Assembly: GCF_018977255.1 (NCBI RefSeq)
Contig: NW_024704762.1
Location: forward strand, 3,596,001-3,660,000
Length of the DNA stretch: 64,000 nt
Direction of reading: 5' to 3'
DNA from: Callorhinchus milii
Taxonomy: Eukaryota
In this document: positions 1 to 12,645 of the stretch, in pieces
Layout: every line of letters begins with the position of its first letter
Numbering within the stretch: the stretch's first letter is position 1
Made by a program: the position numbers and the translations under genes
Notes under the pieces: model-generated
Seen by the model: the letters and a program-made list of their open reading frames with translations, nothing else
Databases searched by the model: none
Told to the model about the DNA's origin: nothing

Positions 1-409
1 TCAGCTTAAGTAAAAAAAGACTGGCAACTAAGAGCACAATAAACGGCTACTCAGTCCACGATGTCACTCCTCCACGTAGCATGAGCAATCTAGCTTATTA
101 TGAAGTAACACCCACACATCCCATTTATCCTCCCGATGAAAATGTTGTAGATACACTCCAAATCAAGCAAAATGATGCAAAAATCAAGCGGGGGCGGAGG
201 GGGGAGACGTGAGAATAAACTTGAGGGAGGGAATCGCAGAGATTAAAGGAACGATGTCTGAAAGCTCGGCCACAAGCACCGGGTGGAACCTGGAAAGGTT
301 GGGGGTGATGGGCATGCAGAGCTCAATGTGAGGATAAAGGCTAGGGAGTTCCAAATGGACTGGATCTTATAATAATAATTATTGCATTTGATATAGCGCC
401 TTACCATGT

Positions 410-866
410 CTTCCCCCAGAGGATCGAATTCAAGATCCTCACCCTCACCTACAAGGCCATTCACGGCCTCGCTCCCTCCTACCTCTCCGACCTACTATCC
501 CCCTACCTACCCACCCTTACCCTCCGTTCCTCTGGCTCCGGTCTGCTCCACATCCCCCGCCCCAACCGCCCTACTATCGGTGGCCGGGCCTTCAGCCTCT
601 CAGCCCCGAGGCTCTAGAACTCTATCCCCCAGTGCCTTCGCCGCCTCCTCCCTTTCCTCCTTCAAGGCCGGTCTCAAGACCTTTCTCTTTGACCGTGCCT
701 TCAGCTCCCCTCTCGACTCTCTACCCCCTCCTCGCTCCCTCCCTTCCCTCACCCCTGACCATTTCCCCCCAATGCTCGGGTCCTGACCCAACTGTACAGC
801 GCCTTGGGACGTCCTCCCGACGTGAAAGGCGCTCAATAAATGGAATCTTGTTGTTGTTGTTGTTGT
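410..866 (+). mobile_element. L2-clade LINE, 5'-truncated 3' end (young)
   Basis: ORF2 C-terminus (RIEFKILTLTYKAIHGLAPSYLSDLL...SFKAGLKTFLF), 3' stem GGGACGTCCTCCCGACGTGAAAGGCGCT and (TGT)n tail. Confidence 0.9.
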
Positions 867-1158
867 AGACGTCTCAAAGCACTTCACTGAATCTACTGTA
901 TGGTGATACTGACTGAATGTTTTGTGGGTGAAACACGGCAGCCAAATGCATAAAGCAGTGTCCCACAAAAAACTGCCCCAATTTCTTTTAAAGGAATTAT
1001 TATTCCCGTAATATCGATCCGCCAATTGACTAACAACCGGGTTCCTGCTAGGTAAACAGGCGTGTGGATGGAGTAAGGAAACTTGCCCAACTTTTCGCCC
1101 TACCGGGAATTGAACCCAGATCCTCTCATTTGCAAGGCAAGTGCTCTGGATCTTACAG
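867..1158 (-). mobile_element. tRNA-derived SINE, same family
   Basis: Reverse complement of the family body and degraded tRNA head. Confidence 0.8.
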
Positions 1159-4104
1159 AGAGGCGATCTAGGAAGACAGGAGAAGAGAGAGTTTGAGAAG
1201 CCAAGTTTGGGGGCAACAAAACCATGAATAAGGATTTTAGAGTAGTAGTAGCAATAAAGGCAGCCAATATTCCAGAGGTGGAGAATCTTAGTTAGGAACA
1301 AATATAACGGGTTTAAAGGAATCCATGGATATTCTTCAAGGCAAATAGTTCTCAAACTACTATTGTTGCAGACCTAAAAATCAGTCACTTAGCTGAGATA
1401 GTGATAGACTGTTGTCACAAACATATCCTAGCATTTGTCAGCATCAACATGAGAAAGAGGGAAATGTATGTGTGTGGAACAAACATCACCAATTTGTAAC
1501 TTATCAATTAGGTTTGAGGTGTTGTGGACAAATCTTGCTGAGTCAGAATTCTCATTCACTAAAACCATCTCTTTCCATTTTATCCCTTAGGACTAAAGTT
1601 GCTAATACTTATAATTTATCTAGCTTTCAGGTGTCTTTCCCTTGCCTTCCAAGGCATGGACAGAACCTCAATGAAGCAAGCAGCATGTTGCTTCCATAAG
1701 AATTTTACCCAGTTTCAGTTTTCACATCTCTTCAGGAGGGAACAAACCTTACAAAGTAAGGCTAGCCTTTGCAGAACTTCCCTATACATACTAGATTTTA
1801 GCTTGCCTCAGAAGGCAGCAGTTTAACCTCTGGATCAAAAGATTGGTTGTTGAAACCTCACACGAAGTCTTGAGATTTCAGTCTAGATTCAGTAATAGTG
1901 GGAGAGCCTGGATTGTTGAATATGAAATCCTTCAGATAAAACTGCCTGTTCAGGTAAATGTTAAACATCTTATGGATCTTATGGATCTATTCCAAAAGAG
2001 TTTCGCCCTGTAACCTCCAGATTAATTGGTCATTCACTTCAAAGTGTTGGCCAAGTACAAATTTCCTTATGCATTTGCTTACAATAACAGTCACTACATT
2101 TGGTAGTAACGACTGTAAAGCATAGAAACCCAGGAATAAAATTGGTTCAACCATAAGCAACACAAGATCAGCTGCATCTTTGATGTAAGTCAATCTGGTT
2201 CAGTTGGTAGCACTCTCGCCTCTAAGTTTGTGGGTTCACACCACACATCGGAACTTTCAGCCAACAGTCCAGGCTGACACTCCAATGCAGTGCTTGGGGT
2301 GCGCTGCGTTGCTATACGTGTCATCCTTTGGATGAAATATTAAACAGAGGTGTTGTCTGCCTGTTCAGGTAGACATTAACAATCCCATGGCACTTCTCGA
2401 AAAAAGGGAATAGCTCTAAACAGAGCATCAACATGGGCTTCAACTTCAATCTACCATCAAATCTCCTGATGTGTAATACAATTCACCTGAATCTCACACA
2501 GATTACATTAGCACAAGACTTTGTATGAAGTGTGAATTTAATGTGCAAACAAGTTAAAAATGTGATACAAATCCACTAAATCAACCACAATGCCATGGCT
2601 AAAGGCACAAATTAATTGCTTGTGAATTTTACTGGTGCTAGCCAGTAAGAACATAATATTCCCACAGAAAAAACTATTAATATTTACCATATAGGACCAA
2701 CAGTCACAAACCTATATGATTCAGCTGAAGGTCAAGGTGTGGCTGAACATCAGTGGACCACAAAGCTCAATTACTGTCTTCAACTTATTTGTAAGGTTCC
2801 AAGAATGGAGAGTCCTATTATGTTACAGTTCCATAAATGCTGGTATATCTACGGTACCTAGACTGAATGCTAGCTTCAGCAGACTACTGAACTCATCTGT
2901 CCCCACTCAACACTTCCAGCAGTGGTTAACAATCGAGAGGGGAACCTCGTCCAACCTTTCCCTTCTCTGATCTAATGACACGAAAGCCAACGACTGCACT
3001 TTACTGACAACCTGGTAGAAACACCACAACCTATATACTTTATATTTTACTTTATTATACCAAATACAAAGTTACTGTACAGAATAACAACAACAACTTG
3101 GATTCATATAACGCCCTCCACGCCGGACGGCGTCTCAGAGCGCTTCACAGTAACGGTTCCTGGGACCGAGCCCGGGGGAGGGGGNCGAAGGTGACCAAAG
3201 GCCAGGTGGACATTAAAGAATATTTGAAAATAGAAGGCAGTTTCACCCAATGTCCTGGCGGACAATAAACTATAGTTGTTTACTTCATGCCTGTTTGTAG
3301 GACATTGCTGTGTGCAAGTTGGCTGCCGTATTTGCCTAGAAAATAGTGATTATGTACTACAGCACATCCTGCAACGTGTTTTGAGATGCCCAACGTGAAA
3401 GGGCTCTATATCAAATATAAGTATTATTACAACTATTACTCACTCTCCCTTACTGGATACAAACAAACATTTTACATTACTATCAAATGCCACCCGATAT
3501 GTATCTAGATCTTCGGTGTGTCGAGAGACAGCAAATTTGGTATTTGATTCTGAATTCCACATTAAACACAACAATTGGAGGTGGGTTTATTTGAAATTTT
3601 ATTCTAAAATAAGTTTCCGAGAGGGAAGCAAAGCACTACAGAGCACACAGCCTCGAGATAATATTTTTTAAAAATAGGATATTTATTAAAGAGTAACTGA
3701 AATGGTTGCTTCCCTCTTGGAAACTCATTTTAGACTCATAAAAAAATGTAATTATTCAAGGCTACATACAGTATAATTTCACCTAGTACCTGTCTGTATG
3801 TGCATGTTCGTGCAGCCACCTGGGTTAAATTTAAAACATCTGTCTTAGTTACAGTTACAACTGGTTGCACTCTAGTACACCACCTAATAAAAGCTTTAAA
3901 CTGCACCTTGTAAGTGCACTTTAAACTAGCATTGCAAGCAATTCAATGTTCTTTTGTGCAGCCCAACAAGGTTTACAATATCAACATTGGACACGGAACA
4001 ATTTTAATGAGCACTGCCATGGACAACAATAATGCATCAAATTTCTTGAGGATTTGCACTCTTCAAAACACTTTTTGCAACTAGCTTTTTGTTTAGCAGA
4101 GATA

Positions 4105-5860
4105 CAACAACTTGATTGCATTTATAGAGCGCTTTTCACGTCGGGAGGTCGGCCCAAGGCGCTGGACAGTTGGACCCGAGCAGGGGGGAAATGGTAAGGG
4201 TGAGGGGAGGGAAGGGAGGGAGCGAGGAGGGGTAGAGAGTCGAGAGGGGAGCTGAACACACGGTAAAAGAGAAAGGTCTCGAGACCGGCCTTGAAGGAGG
4301 AGAGGGAGGAAGCAAGGCAAAGGCACTGGGGGATGGAGTTCCAGAGCCTAAGGGCTGAGAGGCTAAAAGCCCGGCCACCGATGGTAGGGCGGTTGGGGCG
4401 GGGGATGTGGAGCAGACCGGAGCCAGGGCAACGGAGGGTACGGGCAGGTAGGTAGGGGGATAGTAGGTTGGAGAGGTAGGAGGGAGCGAGGCCGTGAATG
4501 GCCTTGTAGGTGAGGATGAGGATCTTGAAATCAATCCTCTGGGGGATGGGGAGCCAGTGGAGGCGAGCGAGGGTGGGTGTGATGTGGTCGCGGTGTCTGG
4601 TGCGGGACAGTACACGAGCTGCAGAGTTCTGAATGACCTGCAGTGTGGAGGGAGGTGCCGGGAAGGCCGGCGAGGAGAGATTTCCCATAGTCCAGCCTTG
4701 AGGTGATAAAAGCGTGGACCAGGGTTTCAGCAGCGTGAGGGGTGAGGTAGTGCCGTAGTCTGGCGATGTTCCGGAGGTGGTGGAAGGCGGTGCCAGTTGT
4801 GGCGCGGATATGAGGGAGAAAGGACAGCTCAGGGTCGAACAGAACCCCGAGGTTCCTGACTGGCTTTGAGAGGTGGAGAGTGCAGCCTTGGATGCTGATG
4901 GTGTCAGCGCCTGAGGTGCGGAGGCGCTGACGTGAGCCAATCAGGAGGGCCTCAGTTTTGCGCACGTTGAGCTGAAGAAAGTTGTCTCTCGTCCAGGACT
5001 CGATGTCGGACAGGCAGCTGTCAGGACATCGGGGTCGTGGAGTTGAGGGTAGAGGAGGAAAGGTAGAGTTGGGTGTCATCCGCATACATGTGGCTGTTAA
5101 CCCCATGTCTGCGGATGATGTCACCACAGGGGGAGCATATAGAGGGGGAAGAGGAGGGGACCGAGGACAGAGCCCTGAGGGACACCGCACGAGACAGTGC
5201 GGGGGTGGAGGAGAAGCCGTTTGTAGAGACAAAATGAAGACGGTGGGAGAGGTAGGACCTAAACCACTCAAGGACAGGGCCTTGAAGGTTGAGGTCGGAG
5301 GACAAACGGTGGAGGAGGAGGAGTCCTGTAGCTCAGTGGTTAGATTCACTCGTTTTGCAAGCGAGAGACCTGAGTTCAATTCCAGGCAGAGGGCGAAACC
5401 TTGGGCAAGTTTCCTTACTCCACACAGAGCCTAATAATAATCCCTCCAAAACCAAAACAATAATAAATTGGTCATTTTCAATCTACGACTCTTTGTGGGA
5501 CATTGCTGTGCGCAATTGGCTGCCGCGTTCGCCCACAAATATACAGTCAATTCACTTTAAGGTGTGTTCTGTGAAGCGCTTTGGGATGTCCTCCCGACTT
5601 GAAAAGCGCTATATCAAATGCAAGGATTATTATTATTATTATTATAGAGTGGTCGATCGTATCGAATGCGGCCGATAGGTCGAGGAGGACGAGGAGGCAG
5701 AGGGAGTCCTGGTCGCAGATGGTCAAGATGTCGTTAGTGACCTTGACCAGGGCGGTTTCCGTGGTATGGGCAGCACGGAAACCTGACTGGAGGGGTTCAA
5801 AAAGTGAGTGGGTGGAGAGGAAAGAGCGCAGCTGGGAGACGACAAACTCTTTCGAGAACT
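4105..5860 (-). mobile_element. L2-clade LINE fragment with reverse transcriptase, frameshifted and interrupted by a SINE at 5320-5644
   Basis: RT motifs QSGFRAAHTTETALVKV, LLDLSAAFDTIDH, HMYADDTQLY, LQLNVRKTE, RNLGVLFDPELSF, HITPTLARLHWLP spread over several frames. Confidence 0.93.
5320..5644 (+). mobile_element. tRNA-derived SINE with L2-like tail
   Basis: A box TAGCTCAGTGG, B box GAGTTCAATTCC, body GCTGTGCGCAATTGGCTGCCGCG, tail AAGCGCTATATCAAATGCAAG(ATT)n. Confidence 0.9.
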
Positions 5861-8800
5861 TAAGAACATAAGAATTGCCAGACAAAAGAAGACCCAGGGC
5901 CATTCGGTTTGCCTTCCACAATCCTGGCAATCGCATACGCGCATCATGTCCTAAAATATATAATAATAATCATTTGATATCACGCCTTTGAGACGTCTCA
6001 AACCACTTCACAGAATATAATGTAAAGTGAATTGACTGTATATTTTGTGGACGAAACGCAGTAGCCAATTGGCCATAGCAACTATATACTGCAATATTAT
6101 TTCCTAAAAGAAATCTATCTAATTTGCTTTTGAAAGAATTTACACTTTCTGCTTCCACTGTCTTCTCAGGGAGCCAGTTTCATACGTTTACTTCTCGCTC
6201 ACTGAAAGTGTTTCCACAAATTTGTTTTGAATTTATTGTTTTTATTTATTTTATAATATAATAATCTGCACTTGATATAGCACTGTTCACGTCTTCGAGA
6301 CGTCTCAAAGCGCTGCACAGAATATACCTTGAAGTGAATTGTATATTTGTGGGCGAAAAACTCGGCAGCCAATTGCGCACAGCAGTGTCCCACAAACAGT
6401 TGTGGATTGAGTATTTATTATATTTATTTAAAAAATTCTAAATTTTGTTTTGAACAGATCGGGGCTAAGTAAATGTTTGCAACCCTTATGGGAGCAATGA
6501 GGGTGAGGAAATATCATGGAAATTTCATCGAGCAGTCACAAGAATTGGTGCAGTAAAGTAACTCTAAATTTGCAAATTGTAACTCCTAGGGAAGAACAAG
6601 AAAAAGGAAGAACAAACACATTATCACATTGAATACCTCTGCACGCTTTCTGTCTACCCCTTTATACATCAAAAACTGGAAAGGAAACAAAGGAAAATGT
6701 ATTGTTAAACTCTGGTACAAAAGCTTCATTAGTTCAAATTTAAAATAAAAGTGGTTGCAGTCTCAAGTGGAGACTGTTTGACTCGGTTGGTGACAATCTC
6801 ATGTCTGGGTCAGAAGACTGTGGCTTCAAGCCCACAATAGAAATTGGTCTAATTATCTAAGAGTCAACATAGTATTGGGGAAGGGGCTAAAAAGTAACTT
6901 ATTGTATAAAATGTGTTAAAACTCAGTATCAAAAGAATTATAATAAGTAAATATGCATTGAAATTAACAGTCAGGATACAAGGTGGAATTATAAACAAAC
7001 AAAACGATAACTACTAAACTTTATGATAAAGCTCATCAGCGGTTTGTGAAACCGTAACAGGATTAAATCAAGTCTGTGGTAAAAAAAACTGTGGCACCAA
7101 ATAATTTACATCAATACTGAGTTTCCATCCAGGTGTGTTATAGAAGGTCATATACTGCGTAGATACAGTAAAACACTTTAAAATGCACATGCCACGACTC
7201 CACCTTGCCCATCTGATACCATCGGAAGATCTTCCTCTTTGACTATCTATATCTGCAGTCACAATCTCTCTCTCCCAACTCGGTATCAAGTTCCACCACT
7301 GTTAAGCATTCCAAGATTCTACCTCCACGACACTATATATACAGAAGTTGTTGTTGTTGAGCAACTCACAGAAAGTGACGTCAGCTGCAACTTGACAACC
7401 AGAAGTTGGACATTTTTTAACATTGGAATCCAGCTCACTGGCACCGGAGACTAGGTTATAGAGCTTCGGAGTAGCGCAGGTCCACAAGAGCATTGCCAAC
7501 GGACCTTCACTAACCGGAGGGGACGGGGGTCGGCATTCTGTTTATTCTGTTGGCATGGTAAAAGATTGCACTGAGTCATCCAACTGGGAAAAGTAAGTGT
7601 TTAAATAAATCAAAATTGCATGAAACAAAATCTTGTTTCTCTCTGTATCGGAAGAAGAACTAATTGGACCTTGAGTTCTTTAGCAGGAACAGATAAGATG
7701 AGACACATATAGTACTAGCACAAATGAACCAGGCTGGGTTTGACCCAATGACCTAGAAACATCAGTGTAATTTAGAAAAATAAAAACAGAGCATAAGAAG
7801 AGATCTTAAACAATTACACTATATCAACTACTGTACAGCACCAGTAAATAATCAATGTCAAATGCTGTGTTTGTTTATACCTCAAGATCAAATAGGGAGT
7901 GTCCCTGCAGAATACAAGGCTAGAGCAATAGTTGATAAATATTTGTGAACAAGTCAGGCAAACAATAACAAATAATGTGGAAGTAATTTTATCTTTTGGC
8001 AGATGAACTCAGATATTGAAAGTAAAGGATCAACCATGAGAAACAGTGTGAAAGTCATGGAAATCGCCAAGAACATCGCACCAAAGTTTCAGTTTCAGTA
8101 CTACTAATAATAATCCTTGCATTTCATATAGCGCCCTATCACGGAGCAAAGCAATTCAGAATATACAGTAAAGTGAATTGACTGTATATTTTGTGGGCAA
8201 AATGTGGCAGGGTACAGGGTATGAATAAATCTTACAAACCTACACTGTCGGATATGTGACATTATAGCCAGTCAAATTTAAAACATTTCAAAATAAAAAA
8301 ATAAAAACAAAAAGTAAACCAATTAAACTTCAGTCTGCATTTTCTCTTAAATCTCCATGCATTTTATCAATACCCTTCTCCAAGCTAACCCTGTGATTTT
8401 GAATTTTGAATTAATGGTTTAGCAATTCTCTTTAGAAAACACATTGCATTTCTCTAACTCTGATGAATTGATCTATAACTTATTTTAACAGGAGCTGGTT
8501 GGTGGCAACTGACTGTGAACTTATTACTGTAAACAAGGTTCACCCTCTCTTTATTACAGGTACCAGGAATATAATTACTGTAACATCACCAATGAATGAA
8601 TCAAGTTCAGCTCTATAATATTTTTTTAAATACATGTGGTCATAACCTACCTTTTTTCACAAATAGATTAGCTGAACTAAAATGATAATTTGGAAGTCTA
8701 ACATTTTACAGTGATCCAGATATTGTTTTAAGCAGTTACCTCATATAAAATGTAAAAGCGACACACCTAGCAAAACATTAATTTTATTTCAGTAAGAGTA

Positions 8801-11039
8801 TTAAACAAGCAATGTTTTCTCACATCAGTTGCCACCTCTTCAAATCCTAGTGTCCAAATTACTAATTCTGCCAACTCTTAATGACTGATCATTTGTGACT
8901 GGTACAGAGTACTGTTTGAAAATCTTTCCAATCATTGTAGAGCTGCTGAAACAGCTTCAGTGCCTAATGTTCCATTCTCCAAATCAGAACCAGCACAGAA
9001 GTAGGCCAATTCTGCCCATTATATCTGCGCTGGCTTTCTGATAAAGCTATCCATTTCATCTGTGGTGGCCAACATTTTTGGTTGTCCAAAAGATAAATAA
9101 ATAAATAAATAAATATATAAGTGTTCTTGAATGAATATTTCTTGATTTATGCCAACCTGGAAACACACTACCAATCAAAACACAGGTTTATCTGAACTAT
9201 TGCAAATGTTCGGGGGGAGGGAGGTTCTTGACAGTCCCACAGGCCATCTCTATATACATATCTCTCTCTCTCTCTATATATATATTTGTATACCTCAACC
9301 ACAGTACCAGATAAGACACTGCACAACAAACAATCCTTATGTTGATATAAATCAGGAGGAGAGCTGTACTGATGCATTACTAGCTCTGCATTTTTCGATG
9401 GATAGGCGACATTTACTATCTAAAGATTAGGTTTGCTAGCCAACCAATCACAATAACACACAAGCGGCCATTTGTAATTGAGAGCATTTTCACAAAGAGC
9501 ACAAGAGGGAGGGAGAAGGATAGTGCAACATTTGTACTGTACAGTCTCTGCACCAATCAGAAGCAACAGATAAGATAGATTAATCCTGATAAAGCAAATA
9601 AATACAAAGTTAAACCTTTAGGTCCACCGCCATTCCCAACACGGACCCCAATTTCCACTTAAAGATAGATTCCCTTTTTATTTTGCACATCGTATTGCAG
9701 AGTGGCTCCAGACAGAATTTTATGAAGAAATCCCAAACACTGACAATATCATTCCACTTGGCCCACCTAGAATTAGGCACCTTGTTGAACATTTACCCAG
9801 TAATCTCATAAATATACTAAATTCAAGATTGGATGCTCTACAAGGAACACAAACTGCTGTCAGTCAGCAGCTTGTGTTCTTAGTAGCTCACAAGTCAGAT
9901 CAATCATTGAACATTGACGTCTTCACTGTTCTTATCAAAATTAGGAATCTAGTGTTAATCTCTAGCCTTCAGTGACCTACATCCAATATTTGGATTCTTG
10001 GTATCTACATTTTTATAACTCTACATCTTCATGTCATAATATCCACTATTCTCTTTCCCACCCTTACTCATTTTGAGCTACTGCATGACTCCAAACTGTA
10101 ACGTAAACACAGGACTGCAAAGAGATCCTTCGAGGGTAAAGTAAATCAAGAAAATTAAACTTGCCCTCCACCCCAAAAAAAAATTGGACAGCATTGTATG
10201 TCACAGATAACGGTCCCTGGTATACTGAATTACTTAATTGGGAAGATAAAAAGAGAAGATAAGATTTATTCCTGCCTAATGAATAATCAGCAATTGGTTA
10301 TGGAATTTCGCCGACACAGGTTGACAGCTGACCTTTTCATAGAGGAGCAATCACTTTAATGATAATTTTTGCATTTAATGTAGCACCTGTAACATTGAAA
10401 CGTCTCAAAGCACTTCACAGGGAGTTGCAGTCAAATGTAGTGAGAATAGGAAACACAGTAGCCAATGACATGACAAAGTCCCATAAAACAGCCATAAAGT
10501 AAGTGAATGACTGATTTATCTGGAGGTTGTTGGCCAGGACACCAGGAGAAACTTGCTTCTCTCCTCCAATATTGCTATGGGACCATTAACATTTACCCGA
10601 AGAGACAGGGAGGAATTAGATCTCATCCAAAGGATGGTACTTTTATCAATTTAACACTCCTCCCCCGTGCCAGCCTTGACCCGGAATTCAAAATTCTGTC
10701 TCATTGTGGGTCTTAAATATAGACAGGTTTGAATGTCCTTTATTTTCTCCTGATCCCAAACCCCTGACTGTCCAATACCTTGGGATGTCCTCTAGACGTG
10801 AAAGGCACAATACAAATCTAATTTGCGGCTGTTGTTTTGCAAATCAAAATTGAAACCAATCTCCTATTTGTTCCATCCCCAACAAAACAGTGCTATTTAA
10901 TCTGATACCAAGTGAATTGAATCACACATATTGGGGGGTGTTCAAAGTTAATAACTGGGGGTCACTGCTGTGTCGGATGGGATGGAGGAGAGGAGCTCCA
11001 TTATGACCCCCTGGAGCCCAGCAATGAGTGGTTTTAAGG

Positions 11040-11720
11040 TGACAGGGAGGGCGGAAAGGGTGACGGGGGGCAGGGGTGACAAGGAGGGGGGAAAGGAGGG
11101 GATGACAGGGAGGGGGGAAACAGGGGGGGGAAGGAGGGGACAGGGAGGGGGAACGAGGGAGGGGAGGGGGGAACGAGGGAGGGGGAACGAGGGAGGGGGA
11201 ACGAGGGAGGGGAAAGGGGGGTGACAGGGAGGGGTGAAGGGGGGTGACAGGGAGGGGGAAAGAGGGGTGACAGGGAGGGGAAGGGGGTGACGGGGAGGGG
11301 GGAAGGGGGTGACGGAGAGGGGGAAGGGGGGTGACAGGGAGGGGGAAAGGGGGGTGACAGGGAGGGGTGAAGGGGGGTGACAGGGAGGGGTGAAGGGGGG
11401 TGACAGGGAGGGGTGAAGGGGGGTGACAGGGAGGGGTGAAGGGGGGTGACAGGGAGGGGTGAAGGGGGTGACAGGGAGGGGTGAAGGGGGGTGACAGGGA
11501 GGGGTGAAGGGGGGTGACAGGGAGGGGTGAAGGGGGTGACAGGGAGGGGGAAGGGGGGTGACAGGGAGGGGGGAAGGGGGTGACAGGGAGTGGGGAAGGG
11601 TGGGTGACAGGGAGGGGGAAGGGTGGGTGACGGGAGGGGGAAGGGGGTGACGGGGAGGGGGAAGGGGGGTGACGGGGGGGGGGATGACGGGGAGGGGGGA
11701 AGGGGGTGACGGGGGGGAGG
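11040..11720 (+). repeat. G-rich minisatellite, 23-24 bp unit GTGACAGGGAGGGGTGAAGGGGG
   Basis: About 25 or more tandem units, degenerate at the left end. Confidence 0.95.
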
Positions 11721-11819
11721 GGGCTTGTGGCTGACTGCCCCGCTTAGTGGGGGGGGGGGTCGCTCTCTCTCTCCTTCTCTAGGCCTGAGCCTCCATGAGA
11801 CCATTTCAAACCCCTGAAC

Positions 11820-11882
11820 ACACACATACACACACACACACACACACAATTCGACCGCCGGTACCTTCCCACATCGCCATCG

Positions 11883-11912
<30 letters not shown>
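11820..11912 (+). repeat. (CA)n and (GA)n microsatellites
   Basis: CA run at about 11820-11848, GA run at about 11885-11912. Confidence 0.9.
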
Positions 11913-11919
<7 letters not shown>

Positions 11920-11973
11920 GAGGGTGAGAGGGGGGGTGAGGGGGAGATGAAGAGAAGGGGAAACCTTACTCAC

Positions 11974-12200
11974 CGCGGCGCCGCCACCTCAAGCCTCGCG
12001 TCTCCCCACCTTTTTCGACGGAGAACTGAACGTCGCTCAAAGACAGACAAATAAAATAAAAGCCAAAGAGCGAAAGAGAGAGAGAGAGAGAGAGAGAGAA
12101 AATACGCCGAAGCACCGAACATTAAACAGAAAGCTGCTCCCCCTCCCCCTCCCCCATCGCCCCCCTCTCTCCTCACACACCGGCCAACCTAACCTCAACC
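11974..12200 (-). other. KDM4B: Non-coding first exon of the next minus-strand gene (KDM4B by synteny); intron 1 runs toward the window start
   Basis: Strong donor CGG|GTGAGTAAG at 11973 inside a CpG island, 4 kb downstream of the UHRF1 3' end in the same orientation. No KDM4B coding sequence is in the window; the name rests on the conserved UHRF1-KDM4B order. 5' boundary approximate. Confidence 0.55.
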
Positions 12201-12640
12201 CCGGCCGCGCCGAATACCCGCCTCCTCCCACCACCAGCACCATCGGCCTCCGTGATTGGCTCTCCCTCTTGATTGACAAGCGCCCCCGAGGCAGATCGAC
12301 CCGGTGATTGGACCACCGCTCACCGTCCCGCCCTCTCTTCCGGCGCTAAGTTTGGTTGTCGCGCGCCGGGAGGGGGGTGACGTGAGAAGAACAACCGCCG
12401 CCGCGCGATGACGCCGCCGCCGCCGCGCGCGCGCGCCCGCAAGTAGTGCCCAATCCCCCCCCCCCCGCTTCAACACAGTCGGGCCGCCCACCCGCAGACG
12501 AAATGCAACCGACCGCACCTCGTGCATTAAAAAGGGGAAACCGGGCCCCGGGCGCGGACCCCCCCCCCACTGCTGTTTGGTTTGGCCGTCCGGCCCTCGG
12601 TGAGCGGCTCCCGTATCGTTCCGCCGAAGTGAGGTGAGAG
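12200..12640 (-). promoter_or_regulatory. CpG-island promoter (putative KDM4B)
   Basis: High CpG density with CCG repeats; CCAAT boxes at 12255-12259 and 12307-12311 (minus) and 12450-12454 (plus); TGACGTG (CRE/HRE-like) at 12378-12384. Confidence 0.7.
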
Positions 12641-12645
12641 CCGAC

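Noticed and set aside
600-1355. 251-aa minus-strand ORF and other ORFs over 4093-5947 as host genes
   Set aside because: Sense or antisense readings of L2 and SINE sequence
11034-11849. 271-aa Pro-rich ORF, and the similar ORFs at 12634-13047 and 36999-37714
   Set aside because: Translations of stop-free minisatellite or polypurine repeats, with no splice or domain support
1-11973. KDM4B coding exons
   Set aside because: No JmjN/JmjC peptide found on the minus strand; coding exons presumably lie beyond the left edge, so the gene name rests on synteny only
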